Source: Promethearchaeota archaeon Loki_b32 (GTDB lineage Archaea > Asgardarchaeota > Lokiarchaeia > Sigyniarchaeales > SOKP01). Taken from it: a DNA stretch of 64,000 bases. The stretch is from contig NJBH01000001.1 of the NCBI GenBank assembly GCA_005223125.1, positions 1-64,000 of the forward strand, in the 5' to 3' direction. Each line of letters starts with the position of its first letter. The stretch's first letter is position 1. The translations under genes and the position numbers were made by a program. Positions 62,910 to 64,000 of the stretch are shown here, piece by piece. The notes under the pieces were generated by a model. That model was given only the letters and a program-made list of their open reading frames with translations. It did no database searches and was not told the DNA's origin.

Positions 62910-63135
62910 TTAAAACAAATTTATTTAAAGACTACTATTTAGTTGAATATATTAAACCACTGTTCATAGAAATTTTTAATACTGAGGAGAAAAAATAATA
63001 TTACTAAAAATTGAGTAATTGAAAGTTCCACATTTTGGAAAGGTTTGGGATATTTTCTTTCATATTTTTGGCTTACATATAAAAGGTTTATAACATTAAC
63101 ATTAACATACTCTTTATATTTGAGATTATTATTTA

Positions 63136-63363
63136 ATGAGCAACATGGAGAAATCAAACGCAATATCAGATATGTTAAAGGGATTGAAGGAGATTAAAGA
63201 AGAAGAGAAAACTGAATTGCCTAATTGCGAATTCTGTGGTAAAAGCATCTCGGGCACTAAGTGGAATAAGGAATATCATCATATTAATATTTGTCAAAAA
63301 CCAGAAAAACGATTTTTTTGTTCCCGTCAATGCAAATTAAAATGGGTTTTTAAAAATTTTTGA
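63136..63363 (+). CDS. Small TRASH/YHS-like zinc-binding protein
   Basis: CEFCGK...FFCSRQC. Confidence 0.65.
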   Translation: MSNMEKSNAISDMLKGLKEIKEEEKTELPNCEFCGKSISGTKWNKEYHHINICQKPEKRFFCSRQCKLKWVFKNF

Positions 63364-63587
63364 TTTTATTTTGTTGATAATTGCTTGATATTCCAGAGGT
63401 ATTTTTGATTATAGTTCTAATGTATAAAATCATGGTATATGATTAATTTTGATGTTTTAGAGTACGATCTCGGTAATAATTTTAACATAACTACTGATAG
63501 ATTTAGTTGTTCATATAGGGGATACTATCTTATTTCAGGTATGGTTATGTATATAACGGGTAAAAAGAAATTAGGAGCATAGTGATT

Positions 63588-64000
63588 ATGAGTAATGATG
63601 GTTTACCACAGACACGTAAAAAGGAGCAACAAATTCCGCGTTTACAAATAGCTTTGGATTTTGAAAGATTAGATGATGCCTTGGCGATGGCAAAAGAAGT
63701 AGCTCCTTTTATAGATATTTTGGAAGCTGGAACTCCTTTAATAAAATCTGAGGGTATGCGAGCCATTCAAGCATTAAAGAAGGCACACCCGGATAAGTTA
63801 GTTTGTGCAGATTTAAAAACTGCAGATGCTGGATATCTTGAAGTACGAATGGCTGCCCAAGCGAAAGCTGATATTGTCACAATACTTGCAGATGCTTATG
63901 ATATTACAATCAAGGAGGCTTTACGTGCAGCACATGACTTTCACATAGAAATCATGGCAGATCTTATCATGTCTCGATCACCGACTATCAGATTAGCAGG
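63588..64000 (+). CDS. hxlA: 3-hexulose-6-phosphate synthase (runs off the window)
   Basis: LQIALD, DILEAGTPLIKSEG, ADLKTADAG. Confidence 0.9.
   Translation, partial: MSNDGLPQTRKKEQQIPRLQIALDFERLDDALAMAKEVAPFIDILEAGTPLIKSEGMRAIQALKKAHPDKLVCADLKTADAGYLEVRMAAQAKADIVTILADAYDITIKEALRAAHDFHIEIMADLIMSRSPTIRLA

Noticed and set aside
6467-63766. Short ORFs antisense to or nested in longer genes (e.g. 6467..6694, 12134..12346, 35498..35743, 59495..59752, 63545..63766)
   Set aside because: Shadow frames of well-supported genes with no motifs.
1-64000. tRNA or rRNA genes
   Set aside because: No GC-rich structured segment or T-loop consensus recognised by eye; tRNAscan-SE would be decisive.

Overview
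Very AT-rich archaeal DNA, most consistent with an Asgard (Lokiarchaeia-like) genome. This is inferred from Rab-like small GTPases, a roadblock/LC7 protein, LRR remnants, an archaeosortase, AbrB/VapBC pairs, GGTG-type ribosome-binding sites and TTTAAA TATA boxes. The window has three zones. (1) 0.1-5.4 kb: unrelated minus-strand genes, most preceded by a copy of a conserved 50-190 bp intergenic repeat. (2) 5.5-42.9 kb: a large surface-glycosylation locus with GT2/GT4s, WbpB/E/D/I-like enzymes for a 2,3-diacetamido-uronic acid, two heparinase II/III-like proteins, a bi-domain oxidoreductase, two AsnB-like amidotransferases, methyltransferases and two flippases. It shows some decay and contains an 876-bp element with 22-bp TIRs and an 8-bp target duplication whose only ORF looks like a PD-(D/E)xK nuclease rather than a DDE transposase. 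(3) 43-64 kb: a DDE IS with 65-bp inverted repeats, then a patchwork of four VapBC modules, eukaryotic-signature-type proteins, metabolic genes (mgsA, acyl-CoA dehydrogenase, partial hexulose-phosphate synthase) and gene remnants that duplicate neighbouring genes. At least four genes appear to start at ATA/ATT/ACG. No rRNA, tRNA or CRISPR array was recognised. All family calls come from motif recognition by eye, not database searches.
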